Shown: positions 1 to 7,943 of the stretch, piece after piece
Numbering within the stretch: the first letter of the stretch is position 1
Layout: each line of letters begins with the position of its first letter
Source: Candidatus Methanomethylophilaceae archaeon
GTDB lineage: Archaea > Thermoplasmatota > Thermoplasmata > Methanomassiliicoccales > Methanomethylophilaceae
Reading direction: 5' to 3'
Assembly: GCA_944321505.1 (NCBI GenBank)
Contig: CALULN010000027.1
Span: forward strand, 10,672-74,671
Length of the DNA stretch: 64,000 bases
Made by a program: the position numbers and the translations under genes
Notes under the pieces: model-generated
The model's input: only the letters and a program-made list of their open reading frames with translations
Told to the model about the DNA's origin: nothing
The model's database searches: none

Positions 1-33
1 CCATTGACTCCGGTTCAAATCCGGGGGGGCCCA
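1..33 (+). tRNA. 3' end of a tRNA gene cut by the window edge (T-arm plus 3' acceptor strand); identity unknown
   Basis: T-stem/loop TCCGG-TTCAAAT-CCGGG at 9-25, then the 7-nt acceptor strand GGGGCCC and discriminator A (26-33). The anticodon lies outside the window. Confidence 0.6.
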
Positions 34-40
34 CTCATCC
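21..40 (+). repeat. Direct repeat copy 1 (tRNA 3' end plus 7 nt of flank)
   Basis: CCGGGGGGGCCCACTCATCC. It matches 2022-2041 at 18/20, and its core matches 5111-5124 at 13/14. Confidence 0.6.
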
Positions 41-107
41 CATTTGTTATGATCATATCTCCGATTCGCACCCTCGAATGTTCCATCACTCGCGTGTCCA
101 ACGGCAC

Positions 108-1214
108 TCACTCGTTTTCAGGCCCTATGAATGTGACATCATCATAAAACAGAGTCTTATCTATGACGTTAGATTCCTGGAAATAAATCTCCGTACCCCC
201 GTATGTTATGTCACCCAACCCTGCAGGACTTTCGAACATCACAAAAGCCGTGACTCCGAATTCCTTGAAGTCGTACCCGGACAGAATCTGCGAATAGTGT
301 TCTGAACTCTGATTAATGTATGTTTCCAGATCCAACATCAGTTGGACATAACAGCTGGCTTCTGGCTTGAGATGATTCTCATTTCTGAAATTATCCCCTG
401 TTTCCCCAGTAGCGACTTCTTTAGCTTTTTGCATTAGTTCGTCGACATTCGTCTCTATCGAAGATGTCCCTCCGAAGATGGGATTTGAGAAAACGGAATG
501 GGACACAACAATGACATTGTGCCGACGATTGATGTGGATGCAAACATCATCTGATTGGAATACTGGTTCAAGACCAATGGCGAACGGTGACATCGACTCA
601 GGCATGCTTCTGTCGTATTCTACAATACATTTGCGAATCACATCGCACATTCTCGAATCATCAATGAGCATCGAATACACACTGGCGTAAGTCATCTCAT
701 CTTTGCTGATGTCACGGAAATTCAGTGGATGGCCTGCCTGTTTGGCCAGCTGTTCGATGAACTTTCTTTGTGTGCGGCCATTGCCTTCCCTAAACGGATG
801 TATCGCATTGATCTCTCCGAGATAATACGCCAGTTTTGGTATGATCGTATCCTCATCCATGTCACGAAGCATATTGTCACGAGCGAGTTCTGAGAACAGC
901 CTGTCTGCATTTTCCAGGATATACTCGCATCTACAGAACTCGGTTTTCCCTTTGGCTATCTGGACCGTACGGATCTCACCCGCCCATTCGAAGATGTCTC
1001 CGAATATCCTGCGGTGTATCTCCCTCAGGTGATCGAAATCGAAATTCCCATTTACCGGGTTGGAGTCAAGTTCGACCATGCGGAGTATCGTGATTGTGGC
1101 TTCTGCGCGTGAAAACTCTTCGGAATCTCTGATACCGAGTTTGTTTTTCAGAACATCAGACCCAGAATAACAGTATATCCCGTCATCCTCATAGAAATAA
1201 TCGTTGTCACTCAT
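108..1214 (-). CDS. Fic/Fido-domain protein (class I Fic toxin-like N-terminal half; C-terminal ~170 aa unassigned)
   Basis: 368-aa ORF with the canonical Fic motif HPFREGNGRTQR (HxFx[DE]GNGRxxR). ATG at 1214-1212. A VbhA-like ORF lies immediately upstream and overlaps it. Confidence 0.85.
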   Translation of the reverse strand: MSDNDYFYEDDGIYCYSGSDVLKNKLGIRDSEEFSRAEATITILRMVELDSNPVNGNFDFDHLREIHRRIFGDIFEWAGEIRTVQIAKGKTEFCRCEYILENADRLFSELARDNMLRDMDEDTIIPKLAYYLGEINAIHPFREGNGRTQRKFIEQLAKQAGHPLNFRDISKDEMTYASVYSMLIDDSRMCDVIRKCIVEYDRSMPESMSPFAIGLEPVFQSDDVCIHINRRHNVIVVSHSVFSNPIFGGTSSIETNVDELMQKAKEVATGETGDNFRNENHLKPEASCYVQLMLDLETYINQSSEHYSQILSGYDFKEFGVTAFVMFESPAGLGDITYGGTEIYFQESNVIDKTLFYDDVTFIGPENE

Positions 1215-1377
1215 GGATTGTTTTGTGCTGCATTATGATAGACTTCACTGCATCATCATATGACAGCTCTCCGCGCATGCATCTGCGCAGGAGCATCCTG
1301 TCCTCCTCTGTGACATGAAGTCCCTCCATCTCAACAGAAGCCACAGCATTGTCGATCCTGAAGTCGGTTCCATTCAT
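1207..1377 (-). CDS. VbhA-family antitoxin of the Fic toxin (56 aa, below the ORF-track length cut-off)
   Basis: My own translation: MNGTDFRIDNAVASVEMEGLHVTEEDRMLLRRCMRGELSYDDAVKSIIMQHKTIHE. It carries the inhibitory [ST]xxxE[GN] motif (SVEMEG) and a GEL...D..V tail as in VbhA. Its TGA (1209-1207) lies 8 nt inside the Fic ORF. Confidence 0.75.
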   Translation of the reverse strand: MNGTDFRIDNAVASVEMEGLHVTEEDRMLLRRCMRGELSYDDAVKSIIMQHKTIHE

Positions 1378-1429
1378 TTTACTCTCTTTGAGAATGGCTT
1401 CAGAGCTATATTTTGTTATTCGAGGATGT

Positions 1430-1840
1430 TCAGATATCGACGTGATACAGGACCTTGGACTCTAATCTGTTCCAACCGCATCGCCGATACCCCCTCATCC
1501 TCCTGAGTACCTTGTCCATGTCGATTTCCTTCTTCGGGACCTCGACACCTTCCAGGGCCTCGGACATCCTGCACAGGAATCTGCCGAAACTTCCTATGAG
1601 GTCCCCGTCCACCATGAAGACAATCTTCGGAATCGGGTCCAGATAGGTCTGCGACCCCTTGTCGAAGGGGGTCACAAGCTTCAGGGCCTTGAACAGGTGG
1701 CCCTCCCTGAAGGACATCAGGGTCTCCTTCCTCGGTTGCCTCGACACAGGCTCCGCCTGTCCGAGCAGCTCCATCGCTCTCGCTACGATCTCATCTACCA
1801 TCGTATGCTCCTTGTCTGTCAGCCTGACAAAGGCAGGCAT
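1430..1840 (-). CDS. Hypothetical protein, possible ribbon-helix-helix N-terminus
   Basis: The track ORF 1430..1870 begins at GTG. The first ATG (1840) gives MPAFVRLTDKEHTMVDEIVARA..., which resembles an RHH/MobC-type start. The rest has no motif I recognise. Confidence 0.4.
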   Translation of the reverse strand: MPAFVRLTDKEHTMVDEIVARAMELLGQAEPVSRQPRKETLMSFREGHLFKALKLVTPFDKGSQTYLDPIPKIVFMVDGDLIGSFGRFLCRMSEALEGVEVPKKEIDMDKVLRRMRGYRRCGWNRLESKVLYHVDI

Positions 1841-2021
1841 CGGCTTCCGGCTATGACGCGGAGCTACCACGGTCCGGTAGTCTTTCGTTCAATTGGGTTT
1901 TAAATCGGAACCACACCTGCGGAGCCACCGTTCCTGGATGGGTTCTGCTGAACCGGTATGCCGGGAAACCAGGCCCCGCATTCGATTCCCAAGGGCCTTG
2001 CTGGCAAGAAGGGGAGTGAAG

Positions 2022-2041
2022 TCGGGCGGGCCCACTCATCC
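2022..2041 (+). repeat. Direct repeat copy 2 of the tRNA 3'-end segment
   Basis: TCGGGCGGGCCCACTCATCC, 18/20 identical to 21-40. Confidence 0.55.
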
Positions 2042-2248
2042 AGTATTATCCCCGATCAACCCCTTCGCCCGCGAATACACACCGTCCGTGTCGGCCCGAT
2101 TGAACCTCGGATCATACTTCTCGTACATGGAATCGTACAGGCCGGATGAGTTAGCGCGAACCTGCCTATCGCAAACGTACCGCGGTGTTCACCAACCGGA
2201 TCAAGACGCGCCCTCAGAGGTATATCCTCCATATCCAATGTCCCCCGC

Positions 2249-2680
2249 ATGCTCCATTTCGAAGCGTCCGAACGTCTGAGCGATGACGCCGCCCGCCTGC
2301 GCAGAGAGGTGTTCATGGAGGAGCAGGGGTTCCGGGAGGAGTTCGATGATGACGACGAGAAGTCTGTGCACATCGTCATGTACGACGACGATGCGCCGAT
2401 TGCCGTCTGCCGTATCATCCCCGGAGACGACGGCAGGTCCTGCAGGATAGGCAGGGTGGCGGTGTCTGCCGACTGCCGCGGAGCATCCATGGGGGCGGCT
2501 ATGATGGAGGAGGCGGAGAGGCAGGCGGTCGCCAGAGGATGGATTGCAGCGGAGGTCTCCGCGCAGGTACGCGCCAAGGGCTTCTACGAGAGATGCGGAT
2601 ACGCCGCATACGGCGACGAGTACATGGACGAGCACTGCCCTCATATTGCGATGCGCAAGAACCTGGAATCGCCGGACTGA
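2249..2680 (+). CDS. GNAT-family N-acetyltransferase
   Basis: 143 aa. GNAT-like core RIGRVAVSADCRGASMGAAMMEEAERQA followed by AQVRAKGFYERCGY. ATG start and TGA stop both verified. Confidence 0.8.
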   Translation: MLHFEASERLSDDAARLRREVFMEEQGFREEFDDDDEKSVHIVMYDDDAPIAVCRIIPGDDGRSCRIGRVAVSADCRGASMGAAMMEEAERQAVARGWIAAEVSAQVRAKGFYERCGYAAYGDEYMDEHCPHIAMRKNLESPD

Positions 2681-2783
2681 TACGTGCAGCCAGCACCGCC
2701 AATCGGGGCTACCGGCTTAATCCGATAGGCCGTTATCGTTCACATCTCTGTATATCAGGGCGTCGGAACTGCGCCCCCTGGAA

Positions 2784-4226
2784 ATGAGTGACATGGACGG
2801 AAAGAAGCAGAAATCCCACCTGAAGGGGGGGACGCTCGCGGCGCTGGCTGTCGCCGCAATCATGATCGTCTGCCCTCTCGCGCTTGCAGACCTCTCCGAT
2901 GCCGAGGAGGCGACCGTTTCTTACACGGAGATATCCGCAACCGATTTCCTCGCCCTTGAGGACAACGGGGTCATCGACCTCGGGGACCAGAACTACTCGA
3001 TAACCGATCCCAGCGGGATAGTCAATATAAGGCAGAACCTGACCATCAAAGGCAACGGAAGCAACTATCTGCATGCCCGCCTGGTGATGGACGCCATCCT
3101 CGACGACGGCGACTCGGAGACACTGACCGTCAGCATCGAGGGCATCATCCTCGACGGTAAAGGATACACCGTCGCGAATCAGCACCCTTGCATAGGCATC
3201 CACTCCCAGAACCATGGAAAGAATGGGGTGGAGACCTCCGTGCGCCAGCTCGACCTCACAGTCAAGGACTGCACCGTGCAGAACTTCGAGGGCAAGGGGA
3301 TGTACATCACCAACGGACAGAAGGTGACCGTGGAGGGGTGCACCTTCAACAATGTCAGAGGCTCCCAGGAGACCATCAACTACGGCGACCACGCCATCGA
3401 CCTGTGCATCGGCGGTATGGAGAACGCGGAGATCAGGATAGTCGGCAACACCTTCGTCGGCATGTCCGGGCAGAACACCTGCATACAGATCCAGCAGCGC
3501 AACCCCAACAGCAGCACCGACGACAACCCCGGAGACTGGTGGGGATTCGATGTGGATACATCCATCAAGGGCGCGTACATCGCAGGCAACGACTTCACCC
3601 AGTCCAAATCCCCCGCCGACGTGAGGCTGGGAAGCTGGCCGAAAGCGGGCGACGAGAGGACGTTCACCAAAGCGTTCCCCGCCACCATCGTCGCGGAGAC
3701 AGCCACCAAGGTCGTGTCATGCACCGAGCTCGGAGGCAAGGGGAACAACTCCCCTCTCCAGGACATGAACGTGGAGCTGAACGCCGGTGCGGAGTTCTCC
3801 GTGGACGGTGCCTACGACTATGAGACAAAGGAGACCACCCTCGACTACAACCTGGAGTCGGGAGTCGCCACTCTGTCCGGCTACGTCCCGGAGTACATGA
3901 CCGTCAACGTCGCCGAGGGAGCCACCGCGGTTGCGATAGGCCTGGAGAACCACGGCACGGTCAACTCCATCGACGGCAATGTCATCGGGACCCCCGTCGA
4001 TGGCGACGCGGTCACCGACGCCGACACCCGAAGCCCCTGCCGACGAGCCGAAGAACGACACCATGACCTTCGTCGCGGTCATCGCCGTGATCGTGGTCAT
4101 CGTGCTCCTCATCGTCATGATCGCCGACCGGAGAGCCTGAAACCCATCGACGCCTACGGGCGGCTGAAACCACTTAACACTCACACATCCACGAACGTCA
4201 TCGGCCGGAAGCCACTTTCCCTATGA
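2784..4226 (+). CDS. Secreted/surface right-handed beta-helix (PbH1-like) repeat protein, frameshifted near its 3' end as sequenced
   Basis: N-terminal hydrophobic signal (LAALAVAAIMIVCPLALA). Beta-helix-type repeats (TVKDCTVQNFEGKGMYITNGQKVTVEGCTFNNV, IRIVGNTFVG). The expected TM anchor MTFVAVIAVIVVIVLLIVMIADRRA* sits in the +1 frame and ends at 4140. Confidence 0.7.
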   Translation: MSDMDGKKQKSHLKGGTLAALAVAAIMIVCPLALADLSDAEEATVSYTEISATDFLALEDNGVIDLGDQNYSITDPSGIVNIRQNLTIKGNGSNYLHARLVMDAILDDGDSETLTVSIEGIILDGKGYTVANQHPCIGIHSQNHGKNGVETSVRQLDLTVKDCTVQNFEGKGMYITNGQKVTVEGCTFNNVRGSQETINYGDHAIDLCIGGMENAEIRIVGNTFVGMSGQNTCIQIQQRNPNSSTDDNPGDWWGFDVDTSIKGAYIAGNDFTQSKSPADVRLGSWPKAGDERTFTKAFPATIVAETATKVVSCTELGGKGNNSPLQDMNVELNAGAEFSVDGAYDYETKETTLDYNLESGVATLSGYVPEYMTVNVAEGATAVAIGLENHGTVNSIDGNVIGTPVDGDAVTDADTRSPCRRAEERHHDLRRGHRRDRGHRAPHRHDRRPESLKPIDAYGRLKPLNTHTSTNVIGRKPLSL

Positions 4227-5050
4227 ACCGTCACATGCACTCTCGGAGACGCATGAGGCTGGTCTTCGCCTTCCTGTCGGCGATCTTCGCGGCACTGACA
4301 TCCGTTTTCGCGAAGATCGGCATCAAGGATGTAGAGTCCGACCTGGCCACCGCTCTCCGCACCGTCGTGGTTCTGGCAATGGCATGGCTGATGGTGCTTG
4401 TCGTCGGCTCGTACGATACCATCGACGACATATCCGACCGCACGCTGGCCTTCCTAATCCTGTCCGGCATGGCCACCGGCGCCTCGTGGCTGTGCTTCTA
4501 CCGCGCGCTGCAGGAGGGCCCGGCATCTATGGTCGCCCCCATAGACAAGCTGAGCATACTGTTCACCGTCATCTTCGCGGTCATCGTGCTGAAGGAGCGC
4601 ATGTCGCGCAGGTCGCGGGCAGGCCTGGCCCTCCTGGTCGCAGGCACCATGGCGATGCTGCTCTGGCGCGATCCGACCGATCCGGAGCCGGGGGGTGTTA
4701 CCGCATATAATCCCGATTACATGTTCGTCCCACTCCGTACGGACGTATTCCGAACGGCATCCGGTCGGTATCCTCCTTCCGGAACGTATCGAAGGGCCGG
4801 AACTCAGGAGGATGGCCGGCGACGGCGCATACCGCCGCGGAATTTCCATGAGACGGCGATCATGGAAGGGGCCGGCGGCTGCCAGAGGCTGGACTTGCTT
4901 CCGCACAGGTCCGCGCCAAGGGATTCTGCAAGAGAGGCTGATGCACCGTCTGCGTGGACGAGTGCACGGATGTGCACTGTCCCGCACAGGGATGCGGAAG
5001 AATCCGGAATCGCCATATCAAGAAGGCGATTATCCATTCTGACCCTATGA
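4223..5050 (+). CDS. Small EamA/DMT-family transporter (~4 TM); the ORF runs on into a decayed GNAT gene
   Basis: The EamA-like part is MRLVFAFLSAIFAALTSVFAKIGIK...LLVAGTMAMLLW (alternative ATG at 4253; domain ends about 4680). The remaining ~120 codons are non-membrane, low-quality sequence that overlaps the GNAT relic. Confidence 0.7.
   Translation: MNRHMHSRRRMRLVFAFLSAIFAALTSVFAKIGIKDVESDLATALRTVVVLAMAWLMVLVVGSYDTIDDISDRTLAFLILSGMATGASWLCFYRALQEGPASMVAPIDKLSILFTVIFAVIVLKERMSRRSRAGLALLVAGTMAMLLWRDPTDPEPGGVTAYNPDYMFVPLRTDVFRTASGRYPPSGTYRRAGTQEDGRRRRIPPRNFHETAIMEGAGGCQRLDLLPHRSAPRDSAREADAPSAWTSARMCTVPHRDAEESGIAISRRRLSILTL
4715..5035 (+). pseudogene. Decayed GNAT acetyltransferase paralog of 2249..2680
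   Basis: Fragments spread over three frames match the intact GNAT: LRTDVF / LRREVF, ARGW / ARGW, AQVRAKGF (DNA caggtccgcgccaaggg in both copies), and MRKNPESP / MRKNLESP. Confidence 0.6.
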
Positions 5051-5110
5051 ACTCGGGTATGAGCCCGACGTCATCGGGTTGGAGTTTTTGACGTTCCTGT
5101 CTGCCTCATT

Positions 5111-5124
5111 GGAGCCCACTCATC
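5111..5124 (+). repeat. Direct repeat copy 3 (short) of the tRNA 3'-end segment
   Basis: GGAGCCCACTCATC, against GGGGCCCACTCATC at 26-39 (13/14). Confidence 0.4.
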
Positions 5125-5379
5125 GGACTCCTGCGGCATGAATGACGCGGCAGATATTGCGAGACAACATACACGTGCAGATCGGCCGATGGTGACCCGG
5201 GAAGCAGCCTCTGATGATTGATCCGGGGTTCAAACCAGATGTGTACCGAAAATCAGATTATGCGGCTGCCGGGCCCAGCCGCTTGAAACATCGACCCGCC
5301 CATTTGCGATCTGAACGGTCGCATCGTAGTGTCATGACACACATGTTTCTTCTTTACGAATGTTGTTATTGCAAAACGT

Positions 5380-5398
5380 GTTGGATGTATCATCCAAT
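5380..5398. promoter_or_regulatory. Inverted repeat GTTGGATG-TAT-CATCCAA abutting the ATG of 5397..5825
   Basis: Perfect 7-8 bp arms. The same palindrome is found at 6340-6358 next to the start of the convergent gene. Confidence 0.55.
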
Positions 5399-5825
5399 GC
5401 AAACTACCCCCCGCACCGAAGCAAACGTTCCGGCCGCCCGCATCAATGATCATTGCGAGTGTTTAAGATGCGGCAAGGTGTGGAAAAGCAAAAAGAAGGT
5501 TCCGACAAGGTGCCCGAAATGCGGAACCAAGTACTGGAACACACCGGTCAAAGAATTCTCATGCAGAAGATGCGGGCATTCATGGAAAGCACGGATCATG
5601 GATTATCCGAACATCTGCCCATGCTGCAAAAGCCACAGATGGGACCGGCCGTCGACCGAGTTCGCAGTTCAACGCGACGTTATAGACGAAGACGAGGTGC
5701 TGGATTTGTACCAGAACGGTCAAGGACTCGTATCCATATCAATAAAGACCGGATTCAGCATCGACAGAGTGATGGGTGTGCTTAGGAGAAATCAGAAAGA
5801 CTGCAGAATCAGCATCAGGATCTGA
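5397..5825 (+). CDS. Protein with two zinc-ribbon repeats and a C-terminal resolvase-like HTH
   Basis: Two modules: CLRCGKVWKSKKKVPTRCPKCGTKYW and CRRCGHSWKARIMDYPNICPCCKSHRW. They are followed by DEVLDLYQNGQGLVSISIKTGFSIDRVMGVLRR. I chose the start at ATG 5397 because the shared palindrome abuts it; the track ORF starts at 5214. Confidence 0.6.
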   Translation: MQTTPRTEANVPAARINDHCECLRCGKVWKSKKKVPTRCPKCGTKYWNTPVKEFSCRRCGHSWKARIMDYPNICPCCKSHRWDRPSTEFAVQRDVIDEDEVLDLYQNGQGLVSISIKTGFSIDRVMGVLRRNQKDCRISIRI

Positions 5826-6339
5826 CCTTCCAACGGACGGTCTTGCATGAAGGGCACCGGCGCGCGGAATCCCCGTTCTTGGAGAACCAGCTGTGCCCGC
5901 ATTTCTGACACTTGTTGAAGCCGCCCTCAGAGTCCCATCTGAGACTCTGACAGGAGGGGCATCTCTTCGGCTGCGCCACCTGTTTGATCCAATGATGGCC
6001 GCAGATCCTGCAGACTGCGGATTCCGGATCCTTGAACCACGAGTCCGAATGACATGAAGGACATCTTATCGGCGTCCTATCGCTGCGTGGGACCCAGCTG
6101 TATCCACAGCGGCGACAGCATAACTCCGTACGGACGGGAGAAGCGCCGCAAACCGGACAGATGGAAGAAGGGGACATATGATACTCGGTGCCGCAGATCC
6201 TGCAGACTACCTTGCCGGCCCCTTCGGCCCACCGGGCCGTATGACAACTGGGACACCGCTTCGGCATCCCATCCCCGCTAGGCACCCATGCGTGCCCGCA
6301 TCTGCTGCAGCAGAGGAAACACGTCTCCCCCTCTTCCAT
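5815..6339 (-). CDS. Protein made of five tandem zinc-ribbon repeats
   Basis: Modules: CSRCGHAWVPSGDGMPKRCPSCHTARW, CRICGTEYHMSPSSICPVCG, CRRCGYSWVPRSDRTPIRCPSCHSDSW, CRICGHHWIKQVAQPKRCPSCQSLRW, CQKCGHSWFSKNGDSARRCPSCKTVRW. ATG 6339 is preceded by the palindrome and by a TTTATAAT box (6361-6368). The track ORF starts at 6495. Confidence 0.6.
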   Translation of the reverse strand: MEEGETCFLCCSRCGHAWVPSGDGMPKRCPSCHTARWAEGAGKVVCRICGTEYHMSPSSICPVCGASPVRTELCCRRCGYSWVPRSDRTPIRCPSCHSDSWFKDPESAVCRICGHHWIKQVAQPKRCPSCQSLRWDSEGGFNKCQKCGHSWFSKNGDSARRCPSCKTVRWKVRS

Positions 6340-6358
6340 GTTGGATGATGCATCCAAC
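6340..6358. promoter_or_regulatory. Inverted repeat GTTGGATG-ATG-CATCCAAC abutting the ATG of 5815..6339
   Basis: Perfect 8-bp arms. It lies between a TTTATAAT box (minus strand, 6368-6361) and the ATG at 6339. Confidence 0.55.
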
Positions 6359-6652
6359 TCATTATAAACAAAACCCAGATTGGATAGATGCTTACCAAAG
6401 ACACAGCATACCCGCATCGCAATCGGTCTTTCCGATGCATATCGTCCCCGCATCGTATTCGGACAGACGATGCCCGTCTCCGACTCCGAATCCACACCGG
6501 AATTTCATGTGCCCACACTGCGCACCATGCCTCGGACCGGCATCCCCGGGGATCCAGCCCCGATGCGGCACCATCTGCATTAAATATCGGAACCAGAATA
6601 GAATCGCCGGTTATATGTCAGATGGAATTTCTGAAGGTAACGGTGCGTAAAG

Positions 6653-7918
6653 ATGGACGGCGCTAGCATCACCATCCTGTACGCATGCATCATTGTAGTG
6701 CTGACTGTCTGCTCCGCGTTCTTCTCCCTAACGGAGACCGCCTTCACCGGCGCCAACCGCGTCAGACTCAAGAAGATGGCCAACGACGGCGACAAGAGAG
6801 CCGACCGCGCCCTGGCCATGCTGGAGGATTACGACAAGTTCCTCACCACCAACCTGATCGGCGTCAACGTGGTCAACATCGCGTCGACCACCGTGGCATC
6901 CGTCATGTTCCTGGCGCTCTTCGGCGACCTGGGAAGCATCGTGAACATCGTGGTCATGACCCTGGTGTCTCTGACCTTCTGCGAGATTATCCCCAAGTCC
7001 GTGGCCAAGAAGAGCCCCGAGAAATGGTGCGTGAAGACCTGCGGCGTCTTCGCTGTCCTGCTGAAGATCCTCTCCCCCGTATCCTGGCTGTTCACCAAGC
7101 TGACCAAGGCCATCGGCGAGGACGAGAACGTGTCCATGAGCGACGAGGAGCTGGAGGTCCTCATCGACGAGTGCGAGGACGACGGCATCCTCAAGGACAC
7201 CGAGAGCGAGCTCATCAAGTCGGCCATCAGGTTCGACGACGTCCAGGTCAGGGAGCTGTGCGTTCCAAGGATGGACGTCACCGCAGTCCCCCAGGTCGCC
7301 ACCGAGCAGGAGCTGGCCGATATCATCTCCGCCACAGGGTTCTCCAGGATCCCTGTGTACAACGGCACCATCGACGACATCATCGGCGTCGTCTATGCCA
7401 AGGAGTACTACGCCAAGGAGCACAAGGGAGAGCCCTGCGGCATCCAGGATATCATGAAGCCGGTCAAGTACGTCCCCGAGTCCATGAGGGCCTCGGAGCT
7501 CCTGAGCGACTTCCAGAGGACCAAGGTCCACATGGCGGTCATCCTCGACTCCTACGGCGGGACCATCGGCATCATCACGCTGGAGGATGTGCTGGAGGCC
7601 CTGGTCGGAGAGATATGGGACGAGAGCGACGAGATCCAGGAGGACATCATGTCCAACACCGACGGGTCCCTCACCGTGAAGGGATCCGCCAGCGTCTTCG
7701 ACGTCATGGAGGCCCTGGGAAGGGACTTCAACCTCGGAGGGTACGACGAGCACTCCGTCACCGGGTACATCATGTACCGCATCGGGAGGCCTCCCCTCGC
7801 AGGGGACGAGGTTGACACCGACGGCGTCGTGTTCCGCGTAACCTCCGTGGACGGGCACCGTGTGAAGGAGTGCAGGGTCGTGGACCACCGCGCTCCCCCG
7901 GACGAATCCGCCGAATGA
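6653..7918 (+). CDS. CNNM/CorC-HlyC family transporter (DUF21 TM domain, CBS pair, CorC_HlyC domain)
   Basis: 421 aa. N-terminal TM block, then a central CBS-pair region (IPVYNGTIDDIIGVVYAKE), then a C-terminal TLEDVLEALVGEIWDESDE...GDEVD region, as is typical of the family. Confidence 0.9.
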   Translation: MDGASITILYACIIVVLTVCSAFFSLTETAFTGANRVRLKKMANDGDKRADRALAMLEDYDKFLTTNLIGVNVVNIASTTVASVMFLALFGDLGSIVNIVVMTLVSLTFCEIIPKSVAKKSPEKWCVKTCGVFAVLLKILSPVSWLFTKLTKAIGEDENVSMSDEELEVLIDECEDDGILKDTESELIKSAIRFDDVQVRELCVPRMDVTAVPQVATEQELADIISATGFSRIPVYNGTIDDIIGVVYAKEYYAKEHKGEPCGIQDIMKPVKYVPESMRASELLSDFQRTKVHMAVILDSYGGTIGIITLEDVLEALVGEIWDESDEIQEDIMSNTDGSLTVKGSASVFDVMEALGRDFNLGGYDEHSVTGYIMYRIGRPPLAGDEVDTDGVVFRVTSVDGHRVKECRVVDHRAPPDESAE

Positions 7919-7943
7919 TCGAGGGCGAAGCCCTCCAAACACC

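Noticed and set aside
1871-2020. Possible tRNA or structured ncRNA just upstream of repeat copy 2 (local hairpins CTACC-N7-GGTAG, GGTTC-TGCT-GAACC, CCGG-TATG-CCGG)
   Set aside because: I could not fold a cloverleaf or recognise SRP/RNase P motifs. Only the last 20 nt resemble the tRNA 3' end, which fits an att duplication better than a gene.
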